IMG/VR virus record: IMGVR_UViG_3300032046_000001
Location: 1 to 64,000 of that record
Direction: 5' to 3' (one strand)
Length of the DNA stretch: 64,000 nucleotides
A model generated the notes under the pieces. The model did not search any database. It was not told where the DNA came from and saw only the letters and a program-made list of their open reading frames with translations. This document shows, one piece after another, positions 45,314 through 54,866 of the stretch; positions within the stretch are counted from its first letter, which is position 1, and each line of letters opens with the position of its first letter. A program made the translations under genes and the position numbers.

Positions 45314-46297
45314 CTATAGATTCAAATAATCTAAAATCTCATTTATATTTGTTGAATTTATTCCAATTTTACCAACTACAATACCAGCCACTATATTCGC
45401 CAATTCAACTGATTCTTCTAATGACAATATTTCTGATAAATATGATAATGTAAGTGTTGATATTACTGTATCACCCGCACCACTTACATCATAAACTTCT
45501 TTAGCTTTAGTTGGTAAACTTATCATTTTGTGTCCATCGTTTCTTATAATAGATATTCCATCTTTTCCCCGTGTAACTATAAGATAATCAAGATTTAATT
45601 TATGATATAATTTCATTCCAGCTTTATATATTTTATCTTCAGTATCAACAACCATCTTAGAAATTTTTGATAGTTCTTTTAAATTGGGTGTTAAAAAATT
45701 GGCATTTTTATATTTAAGATAATTAGATCCTTTAGGATCTATAAAAATTAATTTATTATTTTTTTTACACGTATTAATTATTTTCTGAGTCAATTTAAAA
45801 GTCAAAACTCCTTTTAAATAATCAGAAATAATAACTGCCGAACATTTGTCAATATGACTATTGACAAATTCTAATATTAATTTTTCTAATTTAGAATCTA
45901 TTTCTCTCGTTGATTCTTTATCAAATCTAATTAATTGATAATTTTCTGAAAAAATTCTATTTTTTATTGTTGTTGGTCTGTCATAATCTATAAAAATACC
46001 ATCAATTGAACACACATTCTTTAATTTATTTAATACAAATTCTCCATTTGAATCATTTCCGATTATTCCACATGGAATAACATTTCCACCTAATGATAGT
46101 ATATTAGATATAACATTTCCACTTCCACCAATCATTTTAAAAGTTTTTTCAATATCCACAATAGGAACTGGAAATTCTGGAGAAATGCGTTCTACTTTAC
46201 CAATAATATATTTATCTACCATAATATCTCCAATAACTAATATATTATGATAATTAAATTTAGAAAATATATTTTTAATTTTTTCTTTACTGAACAT
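45314..46297 (-). CDS. rfaE: D-glycero-D-manno-heptose-7-phosphate kinase (HldE/RfaE domain I, PfkB family)
   Basis: VIGDIMVDKY..G.VERISPEFPVPIV, GGSGNV, RPTTIKNR, ISDYLKG, DPKG, TPNLKE, VYDVSGAGDTV. Confidence 0.92.
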   Translation of the reverse strand: MFSKEKIKNIFSKFNYHNILVIGDIMVDKYIIGKVERISPEFPVPIVDIEKTFKMIGGSGNVISNILSLGGNVIPCGIIGNDSNGEFVLNKLKNVCSIDGIFIDYDRPTTIKNRIFSENYQLIRFDKESTREIDSKLEKLILEFVNSHIDKCSAVIISDYLKGVLTFKLTQKIINTCKKNNKLIFIDPKGSNYLKYKNANFLTPNLKELSKISKMVVDTEDKIYKAGMKLYHKLNLDYLIVTRGKDGISIIRNDGHKMISLPTKAKEVYDVSGAGDTVISTLTLSYLSEILSLEESVELANIVAGIVVGKIGINSTNINEILDYLNL

Positions 46298-46901
46298 GAT
46301 ACCAGATTTTTCCTCTTTTTATATCCGAAATCGTTATTCTACTAACTCCAAACATGTCAGCTATTTCTTGTTGGGTTAATATTCCTTCTTTTAATAATAA
46401 TTTTATTTGAATTACTTGTTCTTCTGTTAATTTGTGTTGTGGATGATTTTCACCTTTATAATTTAATTTTCCACTTTTAAACTCTTCTTTTCTCGTTTTA
46501 CTTATTTTAATTTTTGTTTCATTTAATAATATTTTTCCTTTGTTATGATATTTTGAGTGTCTTGAATGTGGTTCAGATTTCAAATTATCAATAAAATTAT
46601 TTTCTTTATCTTCGTTTGTATGATGAACATCATAATTTTTTTCTAATTTTTTGTTGAAAGTTTCATAAACTAATCGATGAATAACTTTAGTTTTAGATTT
46701 CTTATTCTTATTATGTAAATCAACATAAAAATATCCCTTATGATTTCTACACTGTTTTAATATTCTACAATCAGTACCTTTCCATTTTATAAAACTTTTA
46801 ATTCTCCCAAGATTACTAACTTGATATTCTGGATATTCTTCAATAGTTTTCCAAACTTCATTTTCTAAATCATTAATATCTAAATTTTCATATATTTTCA
46901 T
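46287..46901 (-). CDS. NUMOD4-HNH homing-type endonuclease
   Basis: EVWKTIEEYPEYQVSNLGRIKS; HRLVYETF; DVHHTNEDKENNFIDNL; ATG at 46901 after SD AAGGAG. Confidence 0.9.
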   Translation of the reverse strand: MKIYENLDINDLENEVWKTIEEYPEYQVSNLGRIKSFIKWKGTDCRILKQCRNHKGYFYVDLHNKNKKSKTKVIHRLVYETFNKKLEKNYDVHHTNEDKENNFIDNLKSEPHSRHSKYHNKGKILLNETKIKISKTRKEEFKSGKLNYKGENHPQHKLTEEQVIQIKLLLKEGILTQQEIADMFGVSRITISDIKRGKIWYHVQ

Positions 46902-46987
46902 TATAACTCCTTGTATTATTTTCCTTGAATGATTAAAGAGAGCAGGTAGCAAGGTCTACTTTTCGAGCGATCGACTCTATCTCTCTT
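46902..46987 (-). ncRNA. Structured leader RNA element, copy D
   Basis: AAGAGAG AUA GAG-UCGAUCG-CUC GAAAA GUAG-ACCUUG-CUAC CUG CUCUCUU ... CAAGG ... CAAGGAG ... AUG. Confidence 0.75.
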
Positions 46988-46992
46988 ATTAT

Positions 46993-48741
46993 TTACGGAC
47001 TAATATCATATATGTATATTTCAACAACATCACTATTGTGTTGACCGTCAAAAATACCATGTGTATCAAAATCTGCCCAACCGCCAGCTAATATATAATT
47101 TAATGAACCATCAACCGATGTTGAATCAATATTTATATACTCATACGCATTAGATGATGTTGCGTCGTGAAAATTCATAATATCTTCGATTGTTTGTTCA
47201 ATATACATTTGAATATTTTCATCATCTGTCGATGCACCAATATCAAAATATGAACCACAATCATAAGTTTCTCGCGGATCTAATAAACTACACGTTGAAT
47301 CTGAACATAATACACATGCAGTACTATCAGCAACATCAAAATCAATTACAATTTCTGTTCGATTGTCATATACTTCATCTTCCATTACCAACGAATCAGC
47401 AACAGGATTATTAATAATATAAGCAGCTTCTAAACTTATTAGTCTGGCATGATATGGTTTGAAAAAATTAATAACTTTATTTAATTCAGTTAGTGATTCA
47501 ATACCAAGTACAGTAGTTGCAATATTAAAATCAGCACTAATATTGAGTATCATCCAGTCATTTAAATCTTGAAGTAGTAAAGATAATAAAGTCAAACCGT
47601 GTCCTGACAAAAGATAACTTCTAACACTAAGATATAAATCCGAATTTATGGTTTGTAATAGTGTTGCAAGTGTTGTTCGAGTCAGTGATGTAAAAAAATT
47701 TGTTGACTGACTTCTCGTAAATAAATCATTAAATTGACTTATTCTTAAATCTCGTAAACTTCTTGAATCATTTTGTGTTGGATCGGTTGAATATAATCGT
47801 TGTGTTAAATTTTCATATTGTGAAAGAATGATACTGGTTTCTAAAACTGATGTTCCATCATAACAAGAAAAAAGTGGATCTGTCGAACCATTAGTGCGAT
47901 CATAATATTCATCAAAAAGATAGACTATTGACAAATATAATTCTAATAATGACACATTAAAATTTAATTCTGTCAATTTTATATCTGGCGTTAGCGTACC
48001 ACCAGATGAATATGTTATATATTGATCTTGAATATGTCGAGATAAAATAGACATAATCACATTTAGACTTGATAAGTTATATCTTGGTCTTAATGAAAAA
48101 TATGGTGATTTTGATGGTAAACCAATTATATTAGTAGTCAGAAGATTTCTGATGTTTGTCTCAGTTAATAACCAATGAGGATCAAGTTGAACAATATCAT
48201 TAAAAGCTATATCAGCAAAAGGAACATCAATAACTCCTGGAGGTAAATATCGTTCACTTCGGAAAACTAATCTATTCGATGAATCAAGTTCTAACCAATA
48301 TTCAGCAAGATCAATATCGATAAGACCATAATATCCCATTATATCAATAATAGATTCTGGTGTGCCTTTAATCTTATATAAATTAACAAGATCTAAAAAA
48401 AAATTAGCTTTGGTGAGAAATGATAATGGTTTGGTTGAAAAATTATAACCAAAACTTTTAAATAACTCATCAAGTTGAGTTTCAGGCATTGAGAAAATAT
48501 CAGATACTTGTTTTTGAGTAGATATTATGGTTCTGTGAGATGCATACCAGTTTATAAGAAAATTTCTTAATCTTTTATAATCTTGTGTGCTGTACACTAA
48601 TTGATCGATCGTATTTTCGAAAAGCTGTGTTGATGTTCCCTGTTCACTCTTTGATAATACTTGTGTATTTATATCGAGATTAGAGACCGTTGTTCCATCG
48701 ATATAATTCATTATGTTAAAAAAATCTGTAACTGAAAACAT
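46993..48741 (-). CDS. Putative baseplate wedge/structural protein
   Basis: LDELFKSFG..LVNLYKIKGTPESI (P2 gpI/T4 gp7-like pattern), INFFKPYH. Confidence 0.6.
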   Translation of the reverse strand: MFSVTDFFNIMNYIDGTTVSNLDINTQVLSKSEQGTSTQLFENTIDQLVYSTQDYKRLRNFLINWYASHRTIISTQKQVSDIFSMPETQLDELFKSFGYNFSTKPLSFLTKANFFLDLVNLYKIKGTPESIIDIMGYYGLIDIDLAEYWLELDSSNRLVFRSERYLPPGVIDVPFADIAFNDIVQLDPHWLLTETNIRNLLTTNIIGLPSKSPYFSLRPRYNLSSLNVIMSILSRHIQDQYITYSSGGTLTPDIKLTELNFNVSLLELYLSIVYLFDEYYDRTNGSTDPLFSCYDGTSVLETSIILSQYENLTQRLYSTDPTQNDSRSLRDLRISQFNDLFTRSQSTNFFTSLTRTTLATLLQTINSDLYLSVRSYLLSGHGLTLLSLLLQDLNDWMILNISADFNIATTVLGIESLTELNKVINFFKPYHARLISLEAAYIINNPVADSLVMEDEVYDNRTEIVIDFDVADSTACVLCSDSTCSLLDPRETYDCGSYFDIGASTDDENIQMYIEQTIEDIMNFHDATSSNAYEYINIDSTSVDGSLNYILAGGWADFDTHGIFDGQHNSDVVEIYIYDISP

Positions 48742-48797
48742 TATTTAGTCTCCATAAAGTTATTTACTATCTATCTAAGTATCTATTTTCTTATTTT

Positions 48798-49100
48798 TTA
48801 TTTATTTTTTGAATTTACATGATCCAACCATTTTTGTTGATTTGCCTGATTCATTTTCTCTCTTGTTATGGAATTTACGTTACGAGTTAATTGTTCTCTA
48901 CGTCTTTCATTTGAATCACCCGACCGAGGTTGCTGTGGCATTGATCGTCTAAATTCTCCCTGCTCATCAACAACTTCTGCCTCTTCAACTTCTTCTTCTT
49001 TTTCTTTTAAAAATTTTTTTTCCAGTAAAATATCGGCTGAACTTTCTTTATCTTTGTGTAGTTCTTTGAGTAGATTTTTATAAGTTTCGTCATTAATCAT
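48798..49100 (-). CDS. Hypothetical protein
   Basis: Charged 100-aa ORF. Confidence 0.6.
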   Translation of the reverse strand: MINDETYKNLLKELHKDKESSADILLEKKFLKEKEEEVEEAEVVDEQGEFRRSMPQQPRSGDSNERRREQLTRNVNSITREKMNQANQQKWLDHVNSKNK

Positions 49101-49102
49101 TG

Positions 49103-49699
49103 TTATGTTCCTTTATTTGTCATAAAAACGAAAAAGTTTTCGATTAAAAATGTCTCATATAATATTTCCAATGGTTTAGTTGCATCAGATATTAATATGG
49201 TATTATTATAATACTGATAATGTTCATTTATTTTTAAATCAAGATATCGATAAATCATTATTGATAAATTAGTTGTAAGTGCTGTTGAGTCAATATCGAT
49301 GAGTGTTACAGATGTTGAATCCAATCTATACTCTAATAGTTTGTTAAGCATCGTAAAATCATCACTTCTTAAATTAAAAATATTAATATTTGTTGATGAT
49401 GTTTCATCAATCGGACTTAACATATAACATTGTCCTGATGCTGGATAAATTAATAAACGATCCTTAAAAACTTGAGGCCATGCCGTTCTTGATACTATTG
49501 TATATAAATATTTATAAGATGTATAAAGTTTCGGCCAATTTTCATCAAATAATAATTGTACGAATGATTGTGGTGTTGTATAAACTTCCGCAAAAGTTGC
49601 GGGAATTGGTATATTATTTTTGTTTAGAGTCAACGACTTCAAAAACTGTTCAGAGTAATATTGAAGTTCTGGTATCAGAATGGTAGAACTTAAAGTCAT
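49103..49699 (-). CDS. Hypothetical protein, probably structural
   Basis: SD GGAG before MTLSST (ATG at 49699). Confidence 0.6.
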   Translation of the reverse strand: MTLSSTILIPELQYYSEQFLKSLTLNKNNIPIPATFAEVYTTPQSFVQLLFDENWPKLYTSYKYLYTIVSRTAWPQVFKDRLLIYPASGQCYMLSPIDETSSTNINIFNLRSDDFTMLNKLLEYRLDSTSVTLIDIDSTALTTNLSIMIYRYLDLKINEHYQYYNNTILISDATKPLEILYETFLIENFFVFMTNKGT

Positions 49700-49714
49700 T
49701 TTATCTCCAATCAA

Positions 49715-49745
49715 GAAGGGGATGAATTAAATTTCATCCCCCTTC
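49715..49745. terminator. GC-rich hairpin
   Basis: GAAGGGGATGAA-TTAAAT-TTCATCCCCCTTC. Confidence 0.55.
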
Positions 49746-49759
49746 ATAGGTTAGGTTTT

Positions 49760-49774
49760 TATTTTGTTCCCAAT
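49760..49774 (-). promoter_or_regulatory. Intergenic 15-mer ATTGGGAACAAAATA, copy 3
   Basis: Identical to the copies at 25136 and 35253. Confidence 0.55.
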
Positions 49775-50514
49775 TATAATTCATCATCCTCTTCTTGGAG
49801 TAGTGATTTAGTATATGAATTGATTTGAACACCACCAACCTCTGCTGAAAATTTACTATAACAACCTTCTTGTGTTTCATATATCTTTAATAAAATATCA
49901 CCATCATGATCGACTATAAAAGGTATTGTGATAATATGAGTTATACCATTTAATTCTTTATTTGTAGGTATTAGATCAAGTAACACAGCCTCTTGATTCT
50001 TACTCTGATGAATTGACACAATCGATGCTGTATTGTTATTAAAAACTATTTTAATATATGGATTATCAAAATTTTCCGTTATAACTTTGATACGTTTTGT
50101 AATCGTTTTATTTAATTGAACATCTAAAATCAAGTCTTCAGGATCTAATATAAATAAACTACTAAATTCTTCATTCTTGATAAATGGGTTATCTACAAAC
50201 TCAAGTATTGGAATAGAAAATTTAATTTGCGTTGATTCATCAGCAACAATATGAGAATCATTAGTAGTTGATATCTGAATATCATTATCCTTAAAAATTT
50301 TTAAAATATCTAATTTCTTTTTTATATCAATAATTGGTAGATTGATATTACCAATTATTGGAGTTAAATCCATTTCAAATAAACACAGAAGAGAATTAAT
50401 TCTTTGACGAATTAATCCTCCTTGAATATCACAATCATTACAAAGATCTTTCAAGATTGAAAGTACGCGCATGAATGTTTTAAACTTTTCAGCATCTAAA
50501 TTCACTGTCGTCAT
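49774..50514 (-). CDS. Probable DNA sliding clamp (gp45/PCNA-like)
   Basis: 246 aa, acidic, two-domain beta-alpha-beta pattern, near the primase and clamp loader; no diagnostic motif. Confidence 0.5.
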   Translation of the reverse strand: MTTVNLDAEKFKTFMRVLSILKDLCNDCDIQGGLIRQRINSLLCLFEMDLTPIIGNINLPIIDIKKKLDILKIFKDNDIQISTTNDSHIVADESTQIKFSIPILEFVDNPFIKNEEFSSLFILDPEDLILDVQLNKTITKRIKVITENFDNPYIKIVFNNNTASIVSIHQSKNQEAVLLDLIPTNKELNGITHIITIPFIVDHDGDILLKIYETQEGCYSKFSAEVGGVQINSYTKSLLQEEDDEL

Positions 50515-50887
50515 TTAAAAAATCACCTTTCTTTATTTTTTTTACTACAGTTAAAAATACATATGGTTTTTCTTCTTTTAAATTTCTGTAGTCAAGGGTC
50601 ACAAAAATACACTCGATTTCTTTTAACACATCAAATATTCTTTCACTTAAACTTTTTGGATCTTCAGACTCGATTGGAATGGCAAAGATCATTAAAACAC
50701 AGTCATTATTATTATAACGATGTTTAAACAAATAAACATTGTTATTTCCATACTGTAGATTTTGATTTTTATCACTTGCTAACATCATAGCCTTGAAGTA
50801 GTCTATCTTTTTTAAGTTACACTGATACTCGTAACCATTTTTTACTATATTTTTGAAACAGGTCTTTAATTTATTTTCTATGATCAT
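50489..50887 (-). CDS. Hypothetical protein
   Basis: ORF in the replication cluster. Confidence 0.6.
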   Translation of the reverse strand: MIIENKLKTCFKNIVKNGYEYQCNLKKIDYFKAMMLASDKNQNLQYGNNNVYLFKHRYNNNDCVLMIFAIPIESEDPKSLSERIFDVLKEIECIFVTLDYRNLKEEKPYVFLTVVKKIKKGDFLNDDSEFRC

Positions 50888-50900
50888 TTCTTTCTATTAC

Positions 50901-51887
50901 CTATATTATAAATTTTTCAGGAATTATCGGATATTCATTGAAATCTTTTCCTCCCTTATTATAATAAACTGACAAACTATTAATTACATGTGAATTATAC
51001 TTCTTAAGTTTTTCATAATAACTTAATTTAACATCAGCATCAGATAGGATACTAACATCAACCCTATAAATTTTTTCATTTAGAACGATACTTTTGAGTA
51101 GAGATGGGTATGATGAAGAAAGAGCTGACGCATAAAGTTTTACCTGATTTTTAATATTTAAAATATTAAAAACACTTTCACTTAATATATCAAATACACC
51201 TTCTGCTAATACTACATGATTTGAATTACTATTACAACCTTCTATTTTATAATAATCTATAAAACTTATTTTTTGAAGTTCAAGTTTGAAGTGTTTAAAG
51301 GGGGATTTGGAATCAATGTTCCGAAAAATAACAAGAGTATGGTTCTCTGTAAGAAAACCTACAAAATTGGAATTTAAATAGTCTTTCCATTTGAAAACAT
51401 TCTCATCTTTAATAAAATTTTTATTGACTTCAATAAAATTATTGATGTCAAATATTAAACCTTTTATCGATTTTAAATCGATATTTTGGAATCCTAATCT
51501 TTTCTTGATATACAATGATTTTAATTTAAATTTGTCTTCATCGAGATTAGGAGTGTAAATTTCTTTTGGTGCTAAAATCTTTTTTTCTTGTTTTAATTTT
51601 TTTGATTTAATAATTATATCAGAATCAATAAATTGTTCCGATATATCATTACCTATAATCTTTCGTATAAGAACTGAAAGATTTCCAGATTTTTTAGGAC
51701 AACTTGCACGAAAACAGTGAAATATTGGAATTTCTAAACTTATATAACAGTGATGATGATTTTTATCAGAGTCAGATTCACAATATGGACACTTTATTAT
51801 AATATTATGTGAAGTTACTTTTACACAATTATCACCTAAATTATCTTTAAGAAACTGAATAAAATTTTCATTATAAATACCAATCAA
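50901..51887 (-). CDS. DNA primase (DnaG/T4 gp61-like)
   Basis: CPYC...FHCFRASC zinc finger, AEGVFD and SDAD TOPRIM motifs, KDFNE. Confidence 0.8.
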   Translation of the reverse strand: MIGIYNENFIQFLKDNLGDNCVKVTSHNIIIKCPYCESDSDKNHHHCYISLEIPIFHCFRASCPKKSGNLSVLIRKIIGNDISEQFIDSDIIIKSKKLKQEKKILAPKEIYTPNLDEDKFKLKSLYIKKRLGFQNIDLKSIKGLIFDINNFIEVNKNFIKDENVFKWKDYLNSNFVGFLTENHTLVIFRNIDSKSPFKHFKLELQKISFIDYYKIEGCNSNSNHVVLAEGVFDILSESVFNILNIKNQVKLYASALSSSYPSLLKSIVLNEKIYRVDVSILSDADVKLSYYEKLKKYNSHVINSLSVYYNKGGKDFNEYPIIPEKFII

Positions 51888-51898
51888 TTATCTACCTA

Positions 51899-52291
51899 TT
51901 AACTATATACAAATTCTACATTGAAAAAATTAATTGTGACTGGTCCAAATTGATGACCATTTATTGTTTGTGTCATCGAACAACAATCGTAATGTGATTT
52001 TTCAAGATCTATAATTAAATTATATGGTATATCTGAATTTTTCATATTGATCATAACTTCCATTTTTTTAAATTGTCTTACACTAAATCCCCAACTGTGA
52101 ACTGTCGGATAATGATATCGATTTAAATATGCGTCACAGATCAGTTCAAAATTATATACAACTTTTTCATCATTCCAATCTTGATCTTTCGTGTTATTGT
52201 ATGCTGACATACTTATAAGAATCGTGTGTTGAATAAAATGTAATAAGTCAAGAGTCTCTTTCGTTAATTTAAATTTCTTATCTTCAATCAT
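51899..52291 (-). CDS. Hypothetical protein
   Basis: SD AAGGAG. Confidence 0.6.
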   Translation of the reverse strand: MIEDKKFKLTKETLDLLHFIQHTILISMSAYNNTKDQDWNDEKVVYNFELICDAYLNRYHYPTVHSWGFSVRQFKKMEVMINMKNSDIPYNLIIDLEKSHYDCCSMTQTINGHQFGPVTINFFNVEFVYS

Positions 52292-52337
52292 TATTCATTC
52301 TCCTTAATTTATTTAATCTTTTTAATATAGAATCAAT

Positions 52338-52541
52338 TTATTTTTTGATATTATTTATCGCATCCGATAACATATTCACTGTAGTAATTATTTCATTAAT
52401 TTTGTCAATCATATGAACTAAATTTTTTGTTGATGGCAACGGTTGTGGATAAACATCACCATTTCGATCATAATCAACTTCGGTTGAATCTGGAAATTCA
52501 AATTCATTTAATTTTTCAATTTCATCTATTTTCATCTTCAA
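52338..52541 (-). CDS. Hypothetical protein
   Basis: Short coupled ORF. Confidence 0.5.
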   Translation of the reverse strand: MKMKIDEIEKLNEFEFPDSTEVDYDRNGDVYPQPLPSTKNLVHMIDKINEIITTVNMLSDAINNIKK

Positions 52542-52722
52542 TCACTTTCTTTAATCTTTTTAACTTTGTTAATACACGATTCGAAATATTTTTATCACCA
52601 ATATAAATTCTTGTCCAATTAAAAAATTCAATTTCTGTACAAGGAACTCTTGGATGACAATCGGTTTCTTCAGCAATAAATAACTCAACATACTCTTTAA
52701 TATCTTTATGTTTATCACTCAT
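52522..52722 (-). CDS. Hypothetical protein
   Basis: Short coupled ORF. Confidence 0.5.
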   Translation of the reverse strand: MSDKHKDIKEYVELFIAEETDCHPRVPCTEIEFFNWTRIYIGDKNISNRVLTKLKRLKKVIEDENR

Positions 52723-52725
52723 TTC

Positions 52726-52902
52726 CTAAAGATCTATGGTCATGACTTTGAGAATATCTTTTTCTAATTCCTGTACTTTTCTCGATAAGTATGCAACAGT
52801 CTCTTCGAGCTTTCGGATTATTTCTTTCATCTCAATAATTTCAATTATTTCATCCTGAGCAACAGTCCGAGGCATTGGAATGAATGATTCCATTTTTTCC
52901 AT
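52726..52902 (-). CDS. Small coiled-coil protein (58 aa, not in the ORF track)
   Basis: MEKMESFIPMPRTVAQDEII...LEETVAYLSRKVQELEK; SD AGGAG. Confidence 0.55.
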   Translation of the reverse strand: MEKMESFIPMPRTVAQDEIIEIIEMKEIIRKLEETVAYLSRKVQELEKDILKVMTIDL

Positions 52903-52959
52903 TTTAACTTTTCTCCTATCACTAATGGTATTTTCTTTATAATATTTTCTCCGAATGTT

Positions 52960-53220
52960 TTAGGTGTTGATTTCATTAATCATCCTCGCTAAAATATCGC
53001 CATGACAGGATTTCGGTGAACACCAACAACCTAAAACTTTATCTTTCAATTCATGAAAATCTTTTAATAAATTAGGTTGTGTTCTAATCCATATTTCATA
53101 TTTCTTAATAACTTCTTCTCGTGTTCCATCTTTTCCGATTGTGAAAGGATTACCCCATTTAGATGGTCTTCCAATATAGATATCATATTTTTCTTTTTTA
53201 CAATGAACAACTCTTGTCAC
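52960..53220 (-). CDS. DUF4326 family protein
   Basis: VVHCKK..YDIYIGRPSKWGNPF..G.R.EVI..Y...L..K.LGCWC.P..CHGDIL. Confidence 0.85.
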   Translation of the reverse strand: MTRVVHCKKEKYDIYIGRPSKWGNPFTIGKDGTREEVIKKYEIWIRTQPNLLKDFHELKDKVLGCWCSPKSCHGDILARMINEINT

Positions 53221-54179
53221 TATTTACCACCTAAAAATTTAATTATTTCAAATATCATAGCCATAAAGTGCATTGAAGGTACTAACGCGCTATTATGAGC
53301 ATTGGTATATCGATTAATAATAATTTTAATAGGAACTGGCATTTCTTTCATATAAAATAATGTCATATATATTTCAGTAAAATAAAGATCATCACCATTT
53401 AATAATTCAATAATCTCACTAATGAGTTTATTAATATTATTAAATGTTTTTGCTGAGGCTAATTTAATAATTTGAAGAATAGATTCGATGATCTTCTTTT
53501 CATTTGTCACATAATGTTTTACTTTTAAAACATTTGATACCGTACTTCTTTCAATAAAATTTAGAATCTTTCTTATATCTGGATAATGGAGATCAATCAA
53601 GAATTTTAGATCTTCTTCTTTATAAGTTATATTTTCACCAATCAGAATTTTTCTACAGTAATCAGTCACATAGTCAACTGATAATTTATTAAATTTGTAC
53701 ATTTGAAGTCTTGATTGTAATGGACTCGGTAATTTATATAAATTATTTCCAGTAAATATAAATCTGGAATACTTCTGGTATCTCTCAACTATATGTCGTA
53801 AAGAATCAAAAGCATCTGGCGTCATATTATCAGACTCATCAATATAAACAACCTTGATTTTGTCACTACCAGATGGTGGCGAACTTAAAAACGGTTCTAT
53901 CACTGAACTAATAAAACCAATTCCTCTATTCTGTTGTGCAGAACCGTTTATTCTTAATAAATTACTCTTAGGTAAAGACAAGATACCATTCTTAGAAACA
54001 AGTATCTCACTTATAGTTGATTTACCAGAACCTGGAGGTCCAATAAATAATAAATGTGGAATCTCACGACTATCTATATATTCTTGAAATTTTTTTCTAT
54101 CATCGTCATCAAGAATTAGATCCTCAAGTTTATTAGGTCTATATTTAGAAACTAATAAACAACTTACAAATTCATTCAT
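53220..54179 (-). CDS. Clamp loader subunit (RFC small/T4 gp44-like AAA+)
   Basis: KYRPNKLEDLI, PHLLFIGPPGSGKST, IDESD, RFIFTGN, PLQSR, PDIRK. Confidence 0.92.
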   Translation of the reverse strand: MNEFVSCLLVSKYRPNKLEDLILDDDDRKKFQEYIDSREIPHLLFIGPPGSGKSTISEILVSKNGILSLPKSNLLRINGSAQQNRGIGFISSVIEPFLSSPPSGSDKIKVVYIDESDNMTPDAFDSLRHIVERYQKYSRFIFTGNNLYKLPSPLQSRLQMYKFNKLSVDYVTDYCRKILIGENITYKEEDLKFLIDLHYPDIRKILNFIERSTVSNVLKVKHYVTNEKKIIESILQIIKLASAKTFNNINKLISEIIELLNGDDLYFTEIYMTLFYMKEMPVPIKIIINRYTNAHNSALVPSMHFMAMIFEIIKFLGGK

Positions 54180-54201
54180 TCAAAATCCTTTCTTTATTTA
54201 T

Positions 54202-54600
54202 CTAACACTCGCTTCCTACTTGATGAGTTCTAAGATAATGGTTTTGTATTTCTGATCTTACAAAATCATCAATTATCAGTTTTCTTGTATTTTCTTGATG
54301 TTTTTTAATACAATCACTACCAGAAATATATTTTCCCTCTTCATCGATCATATATACTTCCATTATATTAAGACCATTAACATTTTCCAAGTCATTTAAT
54401 ATGAGAGTACAATGAGCGGCTATATCAGCTCTCGTAGCAACATTAAATGATAAATCAATAATTTTATCATTATTTGAATAATTTATAATCATAAATTCGG
54501 TGATTATATAATCTTTATCATCAACTGTATAATCAGTTAAAATATTAATATTATTTTTAGATAAATAGTCTTTGATTTTTTGAGTAACACTTAGATCCAT
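54202..54600 (-). CDS. Hypothetical protein
   Basis: ORF in operon. Confidence 0.6.
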   Translation of the reverse strand: MDLSVTQKIKDYLSKNNINILTDYTVDDKDYIITEFMIINYSNNDKIIDLSFNVATRADIAAHCTLILNDLENVNGLNIMEVYMIDEEGKYISGSDCIKKHQENTRKLIIDDFVRSEIQNHYLRTHQVGSEC

Positions 54601-54602
54601 AG

Positions 54603-54866
54603 TTATTCCTGAAAACTCTCTGCTTGTTTAATAATATCTATCATTAAAGATGAAAATAACTTCTTATAATCTTTTATATTTTTTGTTTTGATGTGTTCAA
54701 CTAAAAACTTTTTTAAATTTGAAAGAAATTCACTAAAATCAATTTCTTCTCCAGATGTTGTTTTTTCTTTTGCCATCGGACACGATTCACCTTCAATTAT
54801 AGGTGGATGAAAAAATCCACATTGAGGGCATTTAGGTGCAATTGGCATCATTCTCGGTCTATCCAT
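54603..54866 (-). CDS. Hypothetical protein with CxxC..H..C motif
   Basis: CPQCGFFHPP...CP; SD AAGGAG. Confidence 0.65.
   Translation of the reverse strand: MDRPRMMPIAPKCPQCGFFHPPIIEGESCPMAKEKTTSGEEIDFSEFLSNLKKFLVEHIKTKNIKDYKKLFSSLMIDIIKQAESFQE

Noticed and set aside
46902-46952. Extended N-termini given for ORFs 46287..46952, 36875..37585 and 38890..40050
   Set aside because: The extensions run through the leader element or stub. Paralog alignment and SD position or ATGA coupling support starts at 46901, 37567 and 40035.
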